Origin: Octopus sinensis
Lineage: Eukaryota
DNA: 22,548 bases
Assembly (NCBI RefSeq): GCF_006345805.1
Contig: NW_021836896.1
Coordinates: forward strand, 1-22,548
Direction of reading: 5' to 3'
The number at the start of each line of letters is the position of its first letter. The stretch's first letter is position 1. This document shows, in pieces, positions 20,022-22,548 of this stretch. Position numbers and translations under genes: made by a program. Below the pieces are notes generated by a model. It saw only the letters and a program-made list of their open reading frames with translations, did not search any database and was not told where the DNA came from.

Positions 20022-20028
<7 letters not shown>

Positions 20029-20430
20029 TTTTACTCTTTTACTTGCTTCAGTCATTTGACTGCGGCCATGCTGGAGCACCGCCTTTAGTCGAGCAAATCG
20101 ACCCCAGGACTCTTTGTAAGCCTAGTACTTATTCTATCGGTCATTTTTGCCAAACCGGGGACATAAACACACCAGCATCGGTTGTCAAGCGATGTTGGAA
20201 GGGGGGGGGGGCAAACACAGACACACAAGCATGTACACACACATACATATATATATATACATATATACGACGGGCTTCTTTCAGTTTCCGCCTACCAAAT
20301 CCACTCACAAGGCTTTGGTCGGCCCGAGGCTATAGTAGAAGACACGTGCCCAAGGTGCCACGCAGTGGGACTGAACCCGGAACCATGTGGTTGGTAAGCA
20401 AGCTACTTACCACACAGCCACTCCTGCGCC
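20022..20430 (-). mobile_element. SINE family B, full length
   Basis: Reverse complement of the 12295 copy, ending CTCCTGCGCC. Confidence 0.95.
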
Positions 20431-20440
20431 TATATAGGTA

Positions 20441-20635
20441 AAAGGCCTGAAATGTTGGGGCAAGAGGTTATTGATTACATTGATCCCAGTGTTCAATTGG
20501 TATTTATTCCATCGATATTCGAAAGGATTAAAGACGAATTCGGCCTCGGCGTAATTCGATCTCAGAACGTAAAGTTGGGCGAAATGCCACTAAGCATTAT
20601 GTCTGGCATGCTAATGATTCTGCTAGCTTACTGTC
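20441..20635 (-). mobile_element. Old SINE family C copy
   Basis: AAGGCCTGAAAT (tail), GGCCTCGGCGTAATTCGATCTCAGAACGTAA (core) and CTAAGCATT..GCTAATGATTCTGCTAGCT (head). Confidence 0.75.
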
Positions 20636-21065
20636 TTTAATGGTTTCTGATTTAGGCACAAAGTCATCAATATTTAGAAAAGGGGGTTTAGTCGATACCA
20701 TCGAACTCTAAGCATTTAGACTGGAACTTTATTATTACCGCAAGGCATCTTCCGGAACCCAAACGATTTTATCAAAGAACAATACGTTGAAGGAAAAATC
20801 TTGAGTGCTGTATAAGACTGCAACCTAAAATTATAAAATTGGAAATCGGAACTCACTAATTTGATTATTTCTGATTAATACAAAAAAAAAAAAAAAAATT
20901 AAAAATTATGACCTTGCTTTCAGAATCTGAGGTTGGTTACCAAATATGTATTTCTATACGCATATTTCAATTTTGGTCACGTGATTGTGACGCATGACTA
21001 ACAAGACTATTGTCAATAAGAAACAAGCTTATAAAAAAAAAAAAAAAAAAATCCACTATTTTTAC

Positions 21066-21646
21066 TAAACCCCGAATAAATCCTATGTAATGTTCCGAAC
21101 GTGCACTTATCACATCAACAGCAGTAATCATGGCCGTATGTAATATTGCTTAAGATTTCACCCAGCCACACAGACTAGTTCCACTGCTGCTGTAGAAGCA
21201 CTACTAGTTTATCTACAGCTATAAATTATTCAAGTCACTGAAAGATAATCCTTAAATCCTTAAAAATGTTTTAGCCCGAAGGCCGCGGCCATGCTGGGGC
21301 ACCACCGCTGAATGAGCTACACTAGTTTGTGAATCCACCTCTGATACGTGGCACTTGATCAACAAGGGAGTTCGATGCTGCTGCCCGCATCCGTGTCTCC
21401 TGTCGTGAGGAGGTAGGTTCATCTGGGACTCCCAACAAGAAGAGATCCAGTTTAGTTTTAAACCCCGAATAAATCCTATGTAATGTTCCGAACGCGCACT
21501 TATCACATCAACAGCAGTAATCACGGTTGTACGTAATATTGCTTAAGATTTCACCCAGCCGCACAGACTAGTTAGTTCCACTGCTGCTGTAGAAGCACTA
21601 CTAGTTTATCTACAGCTATAAATTATTCAAGTCACTGAAAGATAAT
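21066..21646. repeat. Direct repeat pair of about 184 bp (21066-21249 and 21459-21646) flanking a LINE stub
   Basis: TAAACCCCGAATAAATCC...CACTGAAAGATAAT occurs twice, with 6 substitutions and one 4-bp indel by my alignment. Confidence 0.95.
21250..21458 (-). mobile_element. CR1-clade LINE 3' end (second family), heavily 5'-truncated
   Basis: Minus strand reads FKTKLDLFLLGVPDEPTSSRQETRMRAAASNSLVDQVPRIRGGFTN* (FK..LD.FL..VPDEP...AASNSL motif). The 3'UTR has CCAGCATGGCCGC plus a hairpin, and the tail is TTTAAGG x2. Confidence 0.82.
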
Positions 21647-21818
21647 GTGCAGAAAACACACCAATGTACTTATATTCGGAACGAAATGAAGTATAAATAC
21701 AACTGTATGTATAGCTATTTATATATACAACATGACAACACTTCATTGGATATATCTTCGCAAGAACATATTTCTCCATTTCCTCCTTCCTTCTCTCACA
21801 CGCTCTCTTTCTTTATTG

Positions 21819-22118
21819 ATACACACACACACACACACACATACATACACACATACATACAAACACATACATACATACATACATACATACATACATACAT
21901 ACAAACACATATATACATACATACATACATACATACATACAAACACATATATACATACAGACATACAAACATACATACATACATACATACATACATAAAT
22001 ACATGCAACATACATACATACATACAACATACAAACCTACATGCATACATACAACACATATATACATACAACATATATATATATTATATATATATTATTA
22101 TATATATATATATATAAC

Positions 22119-22160
<42 letters not shown>
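21819..22160. repeat. Compound (CA)n/(TACA)n/(TA)n/(TG)n microsatellite
   Basis: Directly visible. Confidence 0.97.
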
Positions 22161-22162
<2 letters not shown>

Positions 22163-22314
22163 TATGTGCATATGTATTTATGTATATGTAATTATTCCTA
22201 CTCTCATCGGCTGCAGCCTGCTGGGGCACCGCCCTAAAATCGATACCAATACTTATTTTTAAGACTAATATTTGTTCAATCAGTGTTATTCTATCTGTCA
22301 TATTTTGATATACA

Positions 22315-22363
<49 letters not shown>

Positions 22364-22389
22364 TATGTTTATACACATACATACATATA

Positions 22390-22548
22390 GGCGCAGGAGT
22401 GGCTGTGTGGTAAGTAGCTTGTTTACCACCACATGGTTCCGGTTCAGTCCCACTGCGTGGCACCTTGGGCAAGTGTCTTCTACTATAGCCTCGGGCCGAC
22501 CAAAGCCTCCTGTGGTGGATTTGGTAGACGGAAACTGAAGAAGCCGTC
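22390..22548 (+). mobile_element. SINE family B 5' part, running off the window end
   Basis: GGCGCAGGAGTGGCTGTGTGGTAAG...GACGGAAACTGAAGAAGCC. Confidence 0.95.

Noticed and set aside
20976-20994. E-box GTCACGTGAT next to a CRE-like TGACGCA
   Set aside because: Short motifs are expected by chance, with no CpG island or nearby gene start.

Overview
This is repeat-dominated, AT-rich animal genomic DNA, intronic or intergenic. The SINE families resemble those I recall from Octopus (recall, not a database search). I recognise no intact protein-coding gene, tRNA, rRNA or CRISPR array. Nearly all long ORFs in the track are microsatellite or SINE artefacts. The window contains about 25 tRNA-derived SINE copies from at least 6 families (my working labels A to G), a DD37D (maT-like) mariner transposase remnant split by a nested insertion, an internally amplified Tc1-like transposase remnant, two CR1-clade LINE 3' ends, an R4/Dong-like LINE 3' end, a probable piggyBac-type MITE and many microsatellites. 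The most interesting signal is retrotransposon biology. SINE-A inserts next to an ATACC/ATATC motif, carries that motif internally, and forms single-headed multimers that restart exactly there. SINE-B shares a covarying 3' hairpin with a CR1 LINE in the same window. Three weak plus-strand exon candidates are flagged.
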